In this document: piece after piece, positions 28,360 to 38,575 of the stretch | How the letters are laid out: each line of letters opens with the position of its first letter | Numbering within the stretch: the stretch's first letter is position 1 | IMG/VR virus record: IMGVR_UViG_3300032050_000069 | Reading direction: 5' to 3' (one strand) | Length of the DNA stretch: 64,000 bases | DNA from: a virus | Lineage: Duplodnaviria; Heunggongvirae; Uroviricota; Caudoviricetes | Notes under the pieces: generated by a model | The model's database searches: none | The model's input: only the letters and a program-made list of their open reading frames with translations | Told to the model about the DNA's origin: nothing | Position numbers and translations under genes: made by a program

Positions 28360-29574
28360 ATGAAAAAATCACAAAAAGTTTATGAGGCAGGTTTCACTAA
28401 TGAAATCTACAAAATCGAAAAAGTTGGAAATCGATACCTTTTGGTAAATACCGAAGGTGAATACTCCAATACATTTGTTGGCTCGGTAATGAGACGTGAA
28501 GCAGGTGAAAATGGTAAAGCAATTAGAGGCTATGTAAATTCAAAGGGTAGTAATTCTTTTAGAATGGTTGAGATGGCCGAATACAATATGCTTGTTAAAC
28601 CATTAAAAGAAAATGGTGAGGTGAACATTGAGGCCACAAGTGAGCACTCTGAATTACTTCGTATTATCCACGAGGATTCAATCAAATTAAAACCTGATAA
28701 TCTAATTATCAAGGATATAAAATGGAAATACCTTATTCGTTCTGCCGTTAGAGGTAAGAACATTATGATGACAGGGCCGGCGGGTTGTGGTAAAACTATG
28801 GCGGCTAAATTCTTAGTTACCCAATTACAACGACCTGATTTTTACTTCAACTTAGGTTCAACGCAAGACCCGCGAGCAACTTTGGTTGGTAATACCCAAT
28901 TCAATAAAGAGACAGGAACTTACTTCTCTGAATCGGCTTTCGTTAAGGCAATTAAAACTCCTAACGCAATTATCCTTTTGGATGAGTTAAGTAGAGCTCA
29001 CCCTGATGCTTGGAACATTTTGATGACAGTATTAGACCAAAACCAACGATACCTTCGTTTGGATGAGGCAGAGGGTTCACCGATTGTAAAGGTGGCAGAA
29101 GGTGTTACTTTCATCGCTACCGCAAACATCGGTAATGAATACACCGCGACTAGGGTATTGGATAGAGCTATCTTAGACCGTTTTGTTACAATTGAAATGG
29201 ATGTGTTGAATAGTGAAGAAGAATTCACACTACTTAAAAAGATGTATCCTGAGGTGAGTGATGATGACCTTAAAGCGATTGGTGAGATTGCTCACAACAC
29301 AAGAGAGGTGAGCCGTTCAGAGGTTGCTAAGTTGAGTAATATGGTTTCAACGAGAGCATCGGTAGAAATGGCAGGATTACTTTACGATGGATTCTCCCTT
29401 ATGGAGGCCGCAGAGGTTGCTATCTTACCTTTCTTCTCTAATGATGGAGGATTGGAAAGTGAGAGAACTTATGTGAAGCAGTTGGTTCAGAAATACATCA
29501 AAACAACTGACCAAAATCTTTTCAATGAAATGAAAGATGAGAAGGTAGAAAATGAAGAAACTATTGTGTGGTAA
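28360..29574 (+). CDS. MoxR-type AAA+ ATPase (CobS-like)
   Basis: Walker A IMMTGPAGCGKT. Walker B AIILLDELSRAHP. Sensor/arginine region ATANIGNEY...RFV. ATG at 28360 follows the conserved leader. Confidence 0.65.
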   Translation: MKKSQKVYEAGFTNEIYKIEKVGNRYLLVNTEGEYSNTFVGSVMRREAGENGKAIRGYVNSKGSNSFRMVEMAEYNMLVKPLKENGEVNIEATSEHSELLRIIHEDSIKLKPDNLIIKDIKWKYLIRSAVRGKNIMMTGPAGCGKTMAAKFLVTQLQRPDFYFNLGSTQDPRATLVGNTQFNKETGTYFSESAFVKAIKTPNAIILLDELSRAHPDAWNILMTVLDQNQRYLRLDEAEGSPIVKVAEGVTFIATANIGNEYTATRVLDRAILDRFVTIEMDVLNSEEEFTLLKKMYPEVSDDDLKAIGEIAHNTREVSRSEVAKLSNMVSTRASVEMAGLLYDGFSLMEAAEVAILPFFSNDGGLESERTYVKQLVQKYIKTTDQNLFNEMKDEKVENEETIVW

Positions 29575-29594
29575 TTTTTCATAACTCGGGAATT

Positions 29595-29619
29595 GGGGGG
29601 AGTAATCCCCTCTTTTCTT
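29595..29619 (+). terminator. possible rho-independent terminator
   Basis: gggg-agtaat-cccc hairpin followed by tcttttctt. Confidence 0.4.
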
Positions 29620-29632
29620 ATAAACCCAACCT

Positions 29633-30232
29633 ATGATTAAAACTAAAAAGGAATTACAATTTATTCAGTTTGTAAAAGATGAGTGTAAAAAACATAATGT
29701 AAAATGTTCGCTCCGACCTTCAAAGTATGTTATAATGGATGGAAATGTAAAATGTAGTGGTTGGTTTGATGAAGAAGTACCGGAATTAGTTGTTGCTACA
29801 AATAGACCCGATTGGATTGAAATACTTGCACATGAATATGGGCATCTAACACAATGGGTAGAACAAGTTCCGATATGGAAAAAGGCAGAAGTTTCATTAG
29901 GGAAAGTGTGGGAGTGGTTAGATGGTAAAAATTGCAGAAGTATCCAAAAGCATATTGGGGTTGCGAGAGATTTGGAATTGGATAATGAAAAAAGGGCAGT
30001 AAAGATAATTAAGAAATTTGGATTGAAGGTTGATTTAGAACATTATGTAAAAAAGGCAAATGCTTATGTTCAGTTTTACAATTGGATGTTGATAACTAGA
30101 AGGTGGAGTAAACCTAAAAATTCTCCATATAAGAATAAAAATTTGGTAAACGCAATGAGTAGTAAGTTTAATATGAAATACGACTCACTAACTCCTAAAT
30201 TGGAAAAAATATTCCAAACCGAAAACATTTAA
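29633..30232 (+). CDS. hypothetical protein with HExxH motif (possible Zn-metallopeptidase-like)
   Basis: LAHEYGHLTQW contains HEYGH. Confidence 0.3.
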   Translation: MIKTKKELQFIQFVKDECKKHNVKCSLRPSKYVIMDGNVKCSGWFDEEVPELVVATNRPDWIEILAHEYGHLTQWVEQVPIWKKAEVSLGKVWEWLDGKNCRSIQKHIGVARDLELDNEKRAVKIIKKFGLKVDLEHYVKKANAYVQFYNWMLITRRWSKPKNSPYKNKNLVNAMSSKFNMKYDSLTPKLEKIFQTENI

Positions 30233-30233
30233 A

Positions 30234-30896
30234 ATGATACTAATAGATTATAAAATAATAGAAGTAAAACCCAAACTATTCGCGGTAATTGTGCCAGATG
30301 ATTATCATAGGCCAATGCTATTTTGTAGAGTGCAGGAATACTATGAATCACCTAATCCGCAATTTAAGGGAAAGAGTTTCGATATGTGGGATTATATTGA
30401 ATGGTATAGTAGAAATCACAGCGATGCCTTTACATACGCATTTGATTGGGGTGGGTTCAATATACCATTAGAAATTGCATACACCTGCTATGATACTCTT
30501 ACCGAACCATATACACCATATGATAATATAATGGAGGAGATAGTTCAAAAGGTATATGAAATGAATGATTATAGTTGTGATGGGTATATCATTGGGGCAG
30601 GAGATTTAGTAGGAGAAACATTTAAGCATGAAGTTTGTCATGGTCTTTATTCAACTAATCCTTTATATAAAGAATTAGCAGATGAAATAACGCAAATGAT
30701 ACCTACAAAATTATATAATCAATTTGTAACCAATTTGGTTGATTATGGTTATACATTAGAAGTTATGGATGATGAAATTCAGGCATACCTAATGACTAAT
30801 TGGGAAACCACTTCATTCAGTAAAAAAACAAATAAAAAAGAAATAACAAAATTTAGTAAACTTTATAAACAAACTTTAAATTCATTTTTAAATTAA
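30234..30896 (+). CDS. hypothetical protein with HExxH motif
   Basis: FKHEVCHGLYS contains HEVCH. Adjacent to another HExxH protein. Confidence 0.3.
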   Translation: MILIDYKIIEVKPKLFAVIVPDDYHRPMLFCRVQEYYESPNPQFKGKSFDMWDYIEWYSRNHSDAFTYAFDWGGFNIPLEIAYTCYDTLTEPYTPYDNIMEEIVQKVYEMNDYSCDGYIIGAGDLVGETFKHEVCHGLYSTNPLYKELADEITQMIPTKLYNQFVTNLVDYGYTLEVMDDEIQAYLMTNWETTSFSKKTNKKEITKFSKLYKQTLNSFLN

Positions 30897-30901
30897 TAAC
30901 A

Positions 30902-31438
30902 ATGCAAACATTAAAAAAATACAAAACCGCAATTTTCAACTTCATTACAATTTTTCTAATTATAGAATTTGTAATTTTTCCTGGTCTTACAACTGCTAAT
31001 ACTTTTTTAAATATTATGGCAGGAATAGGCACTTTACTATTAGTTTTATGGGGTGGTATTTCTCTTTATGAATATGTAAAGAATTCGGAAGGATTAGTTG
31101 ATTCCGAAGAATTAAAAGAGGCAAAGCAAATGATGGAACAATCCAATGAAGAATTTGCTCAAAAAGATGAATTTCAAATTAAAGCAGGTATTAAGGGAGA
31201 TTTTTATAAATCAAAAAATATACCACCTGAAATATTAAAAGAAATGGCGGATAGCTGGAGAGAGAAATTAGAAGATGCTGATCCATTGGCTGCAATTCCA
31301 ATGAGTAGAGTATCAGATGAAACAAAAAAATTGATTGCTCAAATGGCTAAGGATGATATTCAGAGGCAATTGGAAAAAAATGAAGTAAACTTTTCAAAAA
31401 TTAAAAATATTGCAGTGAATAAAACTAAAACAAAGTAA
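30902..31438 (+). CDS. membrane protein (2 TM) with coiled-coil tail; possible partner of the downstream SPFH protein
   Basis: FNFITIFLIIEFVIFPGL and GIGTLLLVLWGGISL hydrophobic helices. Confidence 0.3.
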   Translation: MQTLKKYKTAIFNFITIFLIIEFVIFPGLTTANTFLNIMAGIGTLLLVLWGGISLYEYVKNSEGLVDSEELKEAKQMMEQSNEEFAQKDEFQIKAGIKGDFYKSKNIPPEILKEMADSWREKLEDADPLAAIPMSRVSDETKKLIAQMAKDDIQRQLEKNEVNFSKIKNIAVNKTKTK

Positions 31439-31543
31439 TATGATAGATAGTATAATGGTGTGGGTTATTTCAATTTCTGTATTAGTATTTTTTGGTAAGT
31501 TGATATACGATAGAGAACAAAGAAAAAATAAATAATATAATAT

Positions 31544-32464
31544 ATGGAATCATTTGAAGAAAGGTATGCTCGCCAAACTAAAGAACGCGAGGAACAACAA
31601 TTAAAACAACAATTAAAAATCAAAAAAATGGTCAAAACAACAATCATTGGAATCGGAGTATTCCTATTATCAATTATCTTTTTTAAATCTTGTGAAAGAA
31701 TTGATGCAGGGCATGTGGGTGTCAAAGTAAATCTTTATGGTGATAACAAAGGTGTGGATGATGTAGTAGCAGTTACGGGAATGGTATTTTATAATCCAAT
31801 CACAACTGCAATTTATGAGTTCCCTACATTTATTCAACACAAAGAATATAGAAAGACAGAGGATGAGGATAATTCATTCATTGTAAACTCAAAGGATGGT
31901 TCGGAGTTTAGTGTATCGCCTATTATGAACTATTCAGTACAAAGAGAAAAAGTACCGGCTATATTTAGTAAGTATCGTAGACCATTGGTTGATATTGAGG
32001 AAGGATTCTTAAAGACAGCAGTATATGATGCATTCAGATTAGCAACTAACAAATATACGGCAGATGAATTGATTAGTAATAGAGCAGTATTCGAAATCGA
32101 AGTTCGTAGATTATTAGATGCACAATTACTAAAAGAAGGATTTGTTATCAATCAGTTCACATCGAATTTGATTTATCCTGAAACATTTAAGAAATCAATT
32201 GAAGCTAAGAATAATGCAGTTCAGGCAGCATTAAGAGCAGAGAACGAAGTTAAAACGGCAGAAGCACAGGCTAAGATTAAGGTGGCAACTGCGGAAGGTA
32301 ACGCTCAGGCTATGTTGACATCAGCAAAAGCAGAAGCTGAATCAAATAGAATGAAGCAACAAACATTGACACCATTGTTGTTACAATTAGAGTACATTAA
32401 CAAATGGGATGGTAAGTTACCGGTATATGGACAAGTTCCTCAGTTATTCAAAAATCTCCAATAA
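31544..32464 (+). CDS. SPFH/band-7 (stomatin/prohibitin/HflK-C-like) membrane protein
   Basis: N-terminal TM anchor, then SPFH-like core and a C-terminal AEAQAKIKVATAEGNAQAMLTSAKAEAE coiled-coil typical of band-7 proteins. Confidence 0.55.
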   Translation: MESFEERYARQTKEREEQQLKQQLKIKKMVKTTIIGIGVFLLSIIFFKSCERIDAGHVGVKVNLYGDNKGVDDVVAVTGMVFYNPITTAIYEFPTFIQHKEYRKTEDEDNSFIVNSKDGSEFSVSPIMNYSVQREKVPAIFSKYRRPLVDIEEGFLKTAVYDAFRLATNKYTADELISNRAVFEIEVRRLLDAQLLKEGFVINQFTSNLIYPETFKKSIEAKNNAVQAALRAENEVKTAEAQAKIKVATAEGNAQAMLTSAKAEAESNRMKQQTLTPLLLQLEYINKWDGKLPVYGQVPQLFKNLQ

Positions 32465-32498
32465 TTTCATAACTCTAACTCTCAAATGGAGGTTTTTA

Positions 32499-32527
32499 GG
32501 GGGGTAGAAATACCCCCTTTTTTATTT
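32499..32527 (+). terminator. rho-independent terminator
   Basis: gggggta-gaaa-taccccc hairpin plus T7. Confidence 0.6.
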
Positions 32528-32544
32528 GGTAAATTGCCATTTTT

Positions 32545-32556
32545 TTCGTATATTTA
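32545..32556 (+). promoter_or_regulatory. class-I promoter-like motif TTCGTATATTTA
   Basis: Variant of the recurring TTCGTATATTTG element, about 20 nt upstream of the 32576 start. Confidence 0.4.
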
Positions 32557-32575
32557 ACCTATAATTAAATCACTT

Positions 32576-32836
32576 ATGAAAACATTTAAAGATTTACAAT
32601 TTGGAACTCATCCTATGGGTATGGGTATCCTAGCGAGAGAAGATTTCGATAATGGTTTTGGGGTTACTGTTGTAATGACACCTTACACCTATGGTGGTGA
32701 TAAAGGGTTGTATGAATTAGCCGTTTGGAAAGATGGGGAAATTCATTATGATAATTCGGTTGCAAATGGAGATGTTGTTGGTTATTTGAGAGAGGAAGAT
32801 GTAACCGATGCGATGTTAGTAATACAAAAATTTTAA
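32576..32836 (+). CDS. hypothetical protein
   Basis: 86-aa ORF downstream of promoter-like motif. Confidence 0.3.
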   Translation: MKTFKDLQFGTHPMGMGILAREDFDNGFGVTVVMTPYTYGGDKGLYELAVWKDGEIHYDNSVANGDVVGYLREEDVTDAMLVIQKF

Positions 32837-32838
32837 TT

Positions 32839-33330
32839 ATGGGATATAATCCGTATAGATGGTGGACAAAAGGTAGACCTAATAAACCACTAAAAGCAGA
32901 TGCTCCTTTACTATTGAAGATACGAAATGGTGACTTTGATTATTCTTATATGTTTAGTGAAGCTAAAAGTGTTAGGAAATCGGCAGAGAAGGCGTATTCT
33001 GAGGCTTATTCTAACTATGGTGGAACTGATGAAAAGAATAGGGAACAGGCGGCATTAGAAGCCGGTAGAATGAAAAGAGTAAAAGCACTCAAATTGGAAA
33101 TGGAAGCTGCAAGAGATGAGGAAATGATTTTGTGGAGGCTGAGGGGTGAGTTAAAAAAAGAATTCGAAAAGGATTTGTGGGATAAAGCAATGGAAAGACA
33201 GAGAGGAAAGGGAACGTTAGAAGACCTATATGTGTGGTATAAAAAGCAGGTAAAACAAGGAACAACCACATCAGAATTTGATATAAAATACCGAAGACCA
33301 AACACTATTGGATTGGAACATCTTATCTAA
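32839..33330 (+). CDS. hypothetical basic coiled-coil protein
   Basis: 163 aa, K/E/R-rich. Confidence 0.3.
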   Translation: MGYNPYRWWTKGRPNKPLKADAPLLLKIRNGDFDYSYMFSEAKSVRKSAEKAYSEAYSNYGGTDEKNREQAALEAGRMKRVKALKLEMEAARDEEMILWRLRGELKKEFEKDLWDKAMERQRGKGTLEDLYVWYKKQVKQGTTTSEFDIKYRRPNTIGLEHLI

Positions 33331-33366
33331 AAAATTCATACTTATATATGAATTTAAATACATAAG

Positions 33367-34026
33367 ATGAGTTATTTAGTAGCGAACATCCCACCAATTG
33401 AGGTTTTAGTAGATAAAAGGTTTCTTTACGATTTTCAAACCGATTCCAAAGGTAAATTATTGGGAGAGGGGGAATATGAGAAAGGGCATTGGGTGACAGT
33501 TAAATCCATACCGAATAGGGCCTTACTATTTGAAACCTACATAGATAAGTTCGGTGCGGTATATGATAAGCTACCATTACACGCTTTCCGTTGGAGAGAA
33601 TTAGAATCAAACGACAGGGTGTTTCCGTTGGATTTCTTACAACTTTGGGATTGTCTATCATATAACATATCAGTAATAGAGAAAAGGGTGCTAAGGGGTT
33701 CTAAAACGATTACAACACTCAAAGACCAGACAACTATTGAAGGGGAATACCTATTTACAGTAGATACTGCACATTCAGACCCGAATGAAATAGATGCGGG
33801 TTGGAGTGAAACCCCAAATGAACACAAATCATACAACATTTCTAAGCTAACAAACGGTCAATTCTCTGCCCAACCTAATAATCGTACAAGATGGTATCAA
33901 CCGAGTAGAACCGAATCAATCACCGAAATCCCATACTTTAGGTATTCCACGAAAATTTGGAGATGTGAAGATTTTGGTAAATGGAGACCATCCGAAACAA
34001 ATTGGGATTACACACTAAATAAATAA
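33367..34026 (+). CDS. hypothetical protein
   Basis: 219-aa ORF, same-strand compact spacing. Confidence 0.3.
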   Translation: MSYLVANIPPIEVLVDKRFLYDFQTDSKGKLLGEGEYEKGHWVTVKSIPNRALLFETYIDKFGAVYDKLPLHAFRWRELESNDRVFPLDFLQLWDCLSYNISVIEKRVLRGSKTITTLKDQTTIEGEYLFTVDTAHSDPNEIDAGWSETPNEHKSYNISKLTNGQFSAQPNNRTRWYQPSRTESITEIPYFRYSTKIWRCEDFGKWRPSETNWDYTLNK

Positions 34027-34043
34027 TCATATATTTATAGAAG

Positions 34044-34547
34044 ATGATACGATTAAAAAGCATATTAAAAGAAGGAAATGCCGATACTGCTATGGTAAAT
34101 GGCGTTGCTGACATTTTAACTAAAGTGGATGATAAAGAAAATCGTAAAGATATAGCAAATCAAATGATGGATAAATTCGATTTAGAAGATGTTGAATTTG
34201 ATAAAGATTCATTTCTTAAATTAAGTGGTATAAACGAAGGTGGGTATCCAGAAGACCTTTCATTCGAAGAATTTGCAGCAAAAAGATTAGAAGGAGCAAC
34301 TAAAATTTCAGGTGATGCGAAAGAAAAGGGTGGAGCCGCTCTACTAACATATCACCACTTTGTAGTTAAACTACCATACTATAAAAAAGCATCGGAAGGT
34401 AGCTTTAATTTAGATGAAGCCCAAATCGAATTAAAAAAATATTTGGATGAATTATGTAGCGTTTCCGATGATATGGGGCCGATTCATTTCCAAAGATTAG
34501 TTGGTCTAATTGAAGTATTAGGTGAATTAATCATTAAATTTAAATAG
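34044..34547 (+). CDS. MIRLKSIL-family protein, dispersed paralog 5
   Basis: N-terminus MIRLKSILKEGNAD matches the 14304-16150 array. Confidence 0.4.
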   Translation: MIRLKSILKEGNADTAMVNGVADILTKVDDKENRKDIANQMMDKFDLEDVEFDKDSFLKLSGINEGGYPEDLSFEEFAAKRLEGATKISGDAKEKGGAALLTYHHFVVKLPYYKKASEGSFNLDEAQIELKKYLDELCSVSDDMGPIHFQRLVGLIEVLGELIIKFK

Positions 34548-34865
34548 TTATATTTTTCAACTAAATAAACCACAGATGGACGAAGGTGATAGTAGAAACA
34601 ATCAACAAATTAAAAAACAAGCAAAACAGAATAATGCTGTACAAGGATATGGCCTTAATGATGGCTCTATTCTTCAATCCATTTGGATTCGATGCCGTGC
34701 AGTATTCCCTTATATTACTGACAGGAAGTTTATGGAAAGCGAACTTCGTTTTGTATTGTATAGCGGGATGTTTTTTTGGTTTTTATATATACTTTTCGAA
34801 ATTGTTAGATAAAAAGTAAAATCTCTGTATTTATATAAAATAGTGTTTCAACAAAAGTTATAAAA

Positions 34866-35138
34866 ATGGAAAATCTTATTAATCGCAATGGTGAAGAAAG
34901 AACCATAGAGCGAATTTCACATGATAGAGTTAGAGTTATGGGAAACTCTGCTTTCATCAGAAAATCCTCCGATAGTGAGGGAATCACAATGTTTGATTTT
35001 GAGGGTGGACCTTGTTTAAACGTTGGGGGTAAAATTAAATTTGAAAAATTGGATTGGTATATTCACAACATTATACAAGAAGATACCCAATATAAAGACT
35101 TCGCATCAGTCCAATTATTTGTTTCACCAATCTATTAA
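34866..35138 (+). CDS. hypothetical protein
   Basis: 90-aa ORF. Confidence 0.25.
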   Translation: MENLINRNGEERTIERISHDRVRVMGNSAFIRKSSDSEGITMFDFEGGPCLNVGGKIKFEKLDWYIHNIIQEDTQYKDFASVQLFVSPIY

Positions 35139-35144
35139 TTTTTA

Positions 35145-36164
35145 ATGAGAGAGATAATTTGTGCAGGGTGTTCCTTCACTAATTTTAATACTCTTAATGA
35201 GGATATGGTTTTAAATGGGATGACACCTGATATAGATGGTGTATCTCCATTAGGTTCGTATCCGGAAGCAATTCATCGTAATTATAGAAATAAAGTATAT
35301 AATGCGGGAATGGCTGGTAATAATATATCTACTTCGGTATTATCTATATTATCGATTGCAGATAGATTACTAAAAGAAGGTAAGAAAATTTCTATTATCT
35401 TACAATGCACCGAATTCACAAGAAAATCACATTATTTTCCAACCTCTTTTCAGATTATTAAAAACATTGCAAGTGATAATAGTTCAGTTCGCAATAATAA
35501 TTATTTATTTGATGGAAGTGAAAACGGATTTTTTCAATTCGGAACATTAAGTGACGTATCGCCAAATTTTTCAACAAATAAAAATTTAGTAGAGATAGCG
35601 AAAAGTATCGGAGAAAATTTGTTTAGCATTGAATCAACTTATATAGATTCAATTATACACATATTATTACTACAAAATTATTGTAAGGCTAACAAAATAC
35701 CATATAAAGTATTTTGCAAAACTGAATCATTTAGTTTGCCATTTGCCCCTCTATTCTATATTGATGATACAACAATAGATTCACAATTTAGATCTATTTT
35801 TATTAATAAACAATTTGCCACTAAAAAAAGATTATCGTTTGTAAATTCGGATCCATATATTAAGAATTTATTTGGATTATTGGATTTAGATAATTTTTGG
35901 TTTTTAGATGATGAAAATTGTAAATATGGTGGAATAACGGAATGGGTTTATCTGAAAAACATTTATAGAAATGGTGATAGTGAATATACACCATTAGTGG
36001 TTGAGGATATAGATGGAACTCCTACCCAAATAAAACCTATGTATCCAATAGAAAGAGTATTTGAGAAATTAGAAAACAATACATTCAATCCAAATGGCCA
36101 TCCCTCTTATTTTTATTGGGATTATTTTGTAAAATCTGAAATCGTAAAATGGGAAATATTATAA
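35145..36164 (+). CDS. SGNH/GDSL-like hydrolase family paralog
   Basis: MREIICAGCSFTNF N-terminal block of the paralog family. Confidence 0.35.
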   Translation: MREIICAGCSFTNFNTLNEDMVLNGMTPDIDGVSPLGSYPEAIHRNYRNKVYNAGMAGNNISTSVLSILSIADRLLKEGKKISIILQCTEFTRKSHYFPTSFQIIKNIASDNSSVRNNNYLFDGSENGFFQFGTLSDVSPNFSTNKNLVEIAKSIGENLFSIESTYIDSIIHILLLQNYCKANKIPYKVFCKTESFSLPFAPLFYIDDTTIDSQFRSIFINKQFATKKRLSFVNSDPYIKNLFGLLDLDNFWFLDDENCKYGGITEWVYLKNIYRNGDSEYTPLVVEDIDGTPTQIKPMYPIERVFEKLENNTFNPNGHPSYFYWDYFVKSEIVKWEIL

Positions 36165-37342
36165 ACATATATCCAATAGATTTTGATGAAAATGCAAATG
36201 GTAAATTTGTAAAGACAACCGATTTTAAAGATAAAGATTGGGTGTTAGGCAACATTTATTGGTATCCATTTTTAGAAAAGATATACAACTTTACATTTAA
36301 TTATTCCGAAGATAATACCATATTGTTTCTTACATATAATGGTATGGCCGAATCATTAATTTCTGAAAGGCAATGGTTTTTAGATGTTAAGAGGCAATTA
36401 GATAGTGGTAATTATAAAAAGGTTGTAGTTTATCAAAATGAAGTAAATTGGGATACTTTTCATAAAATACTGGAAATAGAAGATTTTTTTTACGAAATTT
36501 TTGGAGATGATGAAAGATTTGTATTTGTTAGAAACATTTTCAAATCTAGATTTAACTTCACTAAAATAAATGCTACATATACATTTGGATGTTTTCCATT
36601 TCAATTATTCCATAACTATTCGGAAACTTTAGATTTTAATTATGAGATAGAAAAGCAGTTTCATTTATTTTCAGCAAATTGTAATGTAAAAGAAGAAAGA
36701 CTCCATTTTTATCAATTTTTACAAAAGGGGAATTATTGGGATAAAGTAAATACATCGTTTTTTCTTCCATTATATAATAGGAATAAAAAAAGGTTTGAAA
36801 TTTCAGATTTTGTAAATGAAAAATTTTTACATGCAAATACCGGAAATACGAACTCTTTTGTTTCTCATTTGGGAGAATTGGATTTAAGTATTGGGTATCA
36901 TCCCAAAAAATTAAAATATGATGATTTCAATCAAGTAAAAAACTTAGCATTAAATGATAGTGTTGAATCTTTATTTCAAGTAATTTTTGAAACCCGTTAT
37001 CATTCTCCTTGTGGCATTGTATTAAGTGAAAAGATTTTTAAGGGTTTTTGTTACAAGTCTCCATTTATAGTTTTTGCTCAATATGGTGTAATTAAATTAC
37101 TCAAAGAATTTGGGTTTAAAACATTTGATTGGTTGGTAGATGAGAGTTATGATAATGAATTGGATGATAAGAAAAGATTTGAAATGGTTTTAGCGGAAAC
37201 TAAAAAATTATTAGATACACCATTCGATGAACTTAAATCTAAAATAGAAAAAAATTATGATGTATTAGAGCATAATCATAAAATGGTAAATGAATTTGCC
37301 TTATCAGAAATAGATAAAATATATAAATTATTCGATGTATAA
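36149..37342 (+). CDS. putative glycosyltransferase, GT10 fucosyltransferase-like (paralog of 40707..41933)
   Basis: FQVIFETRYHSPCGIVLSEKIFKG resembles the GT10 FxxxFEN(S/T)...(T/S)EK motif. C-terminal ~120 aa alignable with the 40707 ORF. Confidence 0.35.
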   Translation: MGNIINIYPIDFDENANGKFVKTTDFKDKDWVLGNIYWYPFLEKIYNFTFNYSEDNTILFLTYNGMAESLISERQWFLDVKRQLDSGNYKKVVVYQNEVNWDTFHKILEIEDFFYEIFGDDERFVFVRNIFKSRFNFTKINATYTFGCFPFQLFHNYSETLDFNYEIEKQFHLFSANCNVKEERLHFYQFLQKGNYWDKVNTSFFLPLYNRNKKRFEISDFVNEKFLHANTGNTNSFVSHLGELDLSIGYHPKKLKYDDFNQVKNLALNDSVESLFQVIFETRYHSPCGIVLSEKIFKGFCYKSPFIVFAQYGVIKLLKEFGFKTFDWLVDESYDNELDDKKRFEMVLAETKKLLDTPFDELKSKIEKNYDVLEHNHKMVNEFALSEIDKIYKLFDV

Positions 37343-38573
37343 TAAAGAAACATTTTGTGTGATGCCGTTTATGCACTTTTCCGTTTTTCAGGATGGAAAG
37401 GTAAAGCCGTGTTGTATGGCAAGTGATTTCTTTGAAGAGAACTTTAATGATTATGTTGATTTTGAACAATTTTATAAAAACGAATCTTATGAAAAATTAA
37501 GAGAGGATTTAAAAAGTGGAATAAAGAATAAGATATGTGATGCCTGTTGGAAAACCGAAGAAAGAGGTGGGAGAAGTTTTAGGCAAGAAAAGAATACACA
37601 TTTTCAAAAACAATATGATAAACTTATAAAAGGTGAATCTGATAAAAACGAATTGGTATTTTTAGATGTAAGATTTTCTAATCAATGTAATTTTAAATGC
37701 CGAATGTGTGGAGAGAGGGATTCTACAAGTTGGTATGATGAAAGAGCTGAGTATTGGGAAAAGGAAGTTGTAGATCCTGTGAGAGAAAAACTTAAACAAT
37801 GGAAATTAGACCACAGAGTATATGAACACATTGCTCCATTTAATAAAAAGAAACTTCACATTCTTAAAAATGATTTTAATAAAGAAGAATTAGAGCATTT
37901 GGAATATGTTTATTTAGCAGGAGGAGAACCATTGTACACAAGAAAAGTATGGGATTTCATAGAAATTATACCACATCCTAAAAATGTGACACTACAATTT
38001 CAAACAAACTTTTCTATATTAGAATACAAAGATACTTCTATTTTTGAATTCACAAAAGGATTTAAAAATGTAGTTTATTCTATATCATTAGATGGATTGT
38101 TTGAGACGGGGGAATTTCAAAGAACTAATTTTAAAACACAAAACTTCTTATCTAATCTAAAAAAATTAAACGAAGAGGTAAAGAATAATCCTAACATTAG
38201 CTATGATTTTACCTTTACCGCAACTTTATTAAATGTATTTCAATTTTTTGAAACCTATGATTACCTAATTGATAATGGGTATATAGCAGATTATTCTAAC
38301 ATTAGATTACAAATAGTAAGTTGGCCGAAACATTTAGATGCTAAAAACTTTGGATTAGAAGCTGAAATAGAAGAGTATTTTAGTAGAACTGAAATAAAAG
38401 GAGTTGAAAAGAATCCTTATTTATTGGGAGATATAAAAAATTACTTATTACATATTAAACAAGGGATAGAGGGTGATAAAGAAGAACACTTAACAAATCT
38501 AAAAAATTACTTAAATTGGTCTTCACTTTACAATAACCTACCGATACCAAAACATTTACATAAATTTTTATAA
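37335..38573 (+). CDS. radical SAM enzyme, paralog of 2977..4236
   Basis: CNFKCRMCG (CxxxCxxC), YLAGGEPLY, N-terminal CVMPFMHF...KPCC. Confidence 0.6.
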   Translation: MYNKETFCVMPFMHFSVFQDGKVKPCCMASDFFEENFNDYVDFEQFYKNESYEKLREDLKSGIKNKICDACWKTEERGGRSFRQEKNTHFQKQYDKLIKGESDKNELVFLDVRFSNQCNFKCRMCGERDSTSWYDERAEYWEKEVVDPVREKLKQWKLDHRVYEHIAPFNKKKLHILKNDFNKEELEHLEYVYLAGGEPLYTRKVWDFIEIIPHPKNVTLQFQTNFSILEYKDTSIFEFTKGFKNVVYSISLDGLFETGEFQRTNFKTQNFLSNLKKLNEEVKNNPNISYDFTFTATLLNVFQFFETYDYLIDNGYIADYSNIRLQIVSWPKHLDAKNFGLEAEIEEYFSRTEIKGVEKNPYLLGDIKNYLLHIKQGIEGDKEEHLTNLKNYLNWSSLYNNLPIPKHLHKFL

Positions 38574-38575
38574 CT

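Noticed and set aside
34576-34819. Two overlapping + strand ORFs (34576..34812 and 34586..34819)
   Set aside because: They are mutually exclusive frames of 77-78 aa with poor start context. At most one is real and I could not decide which, so neither was called.
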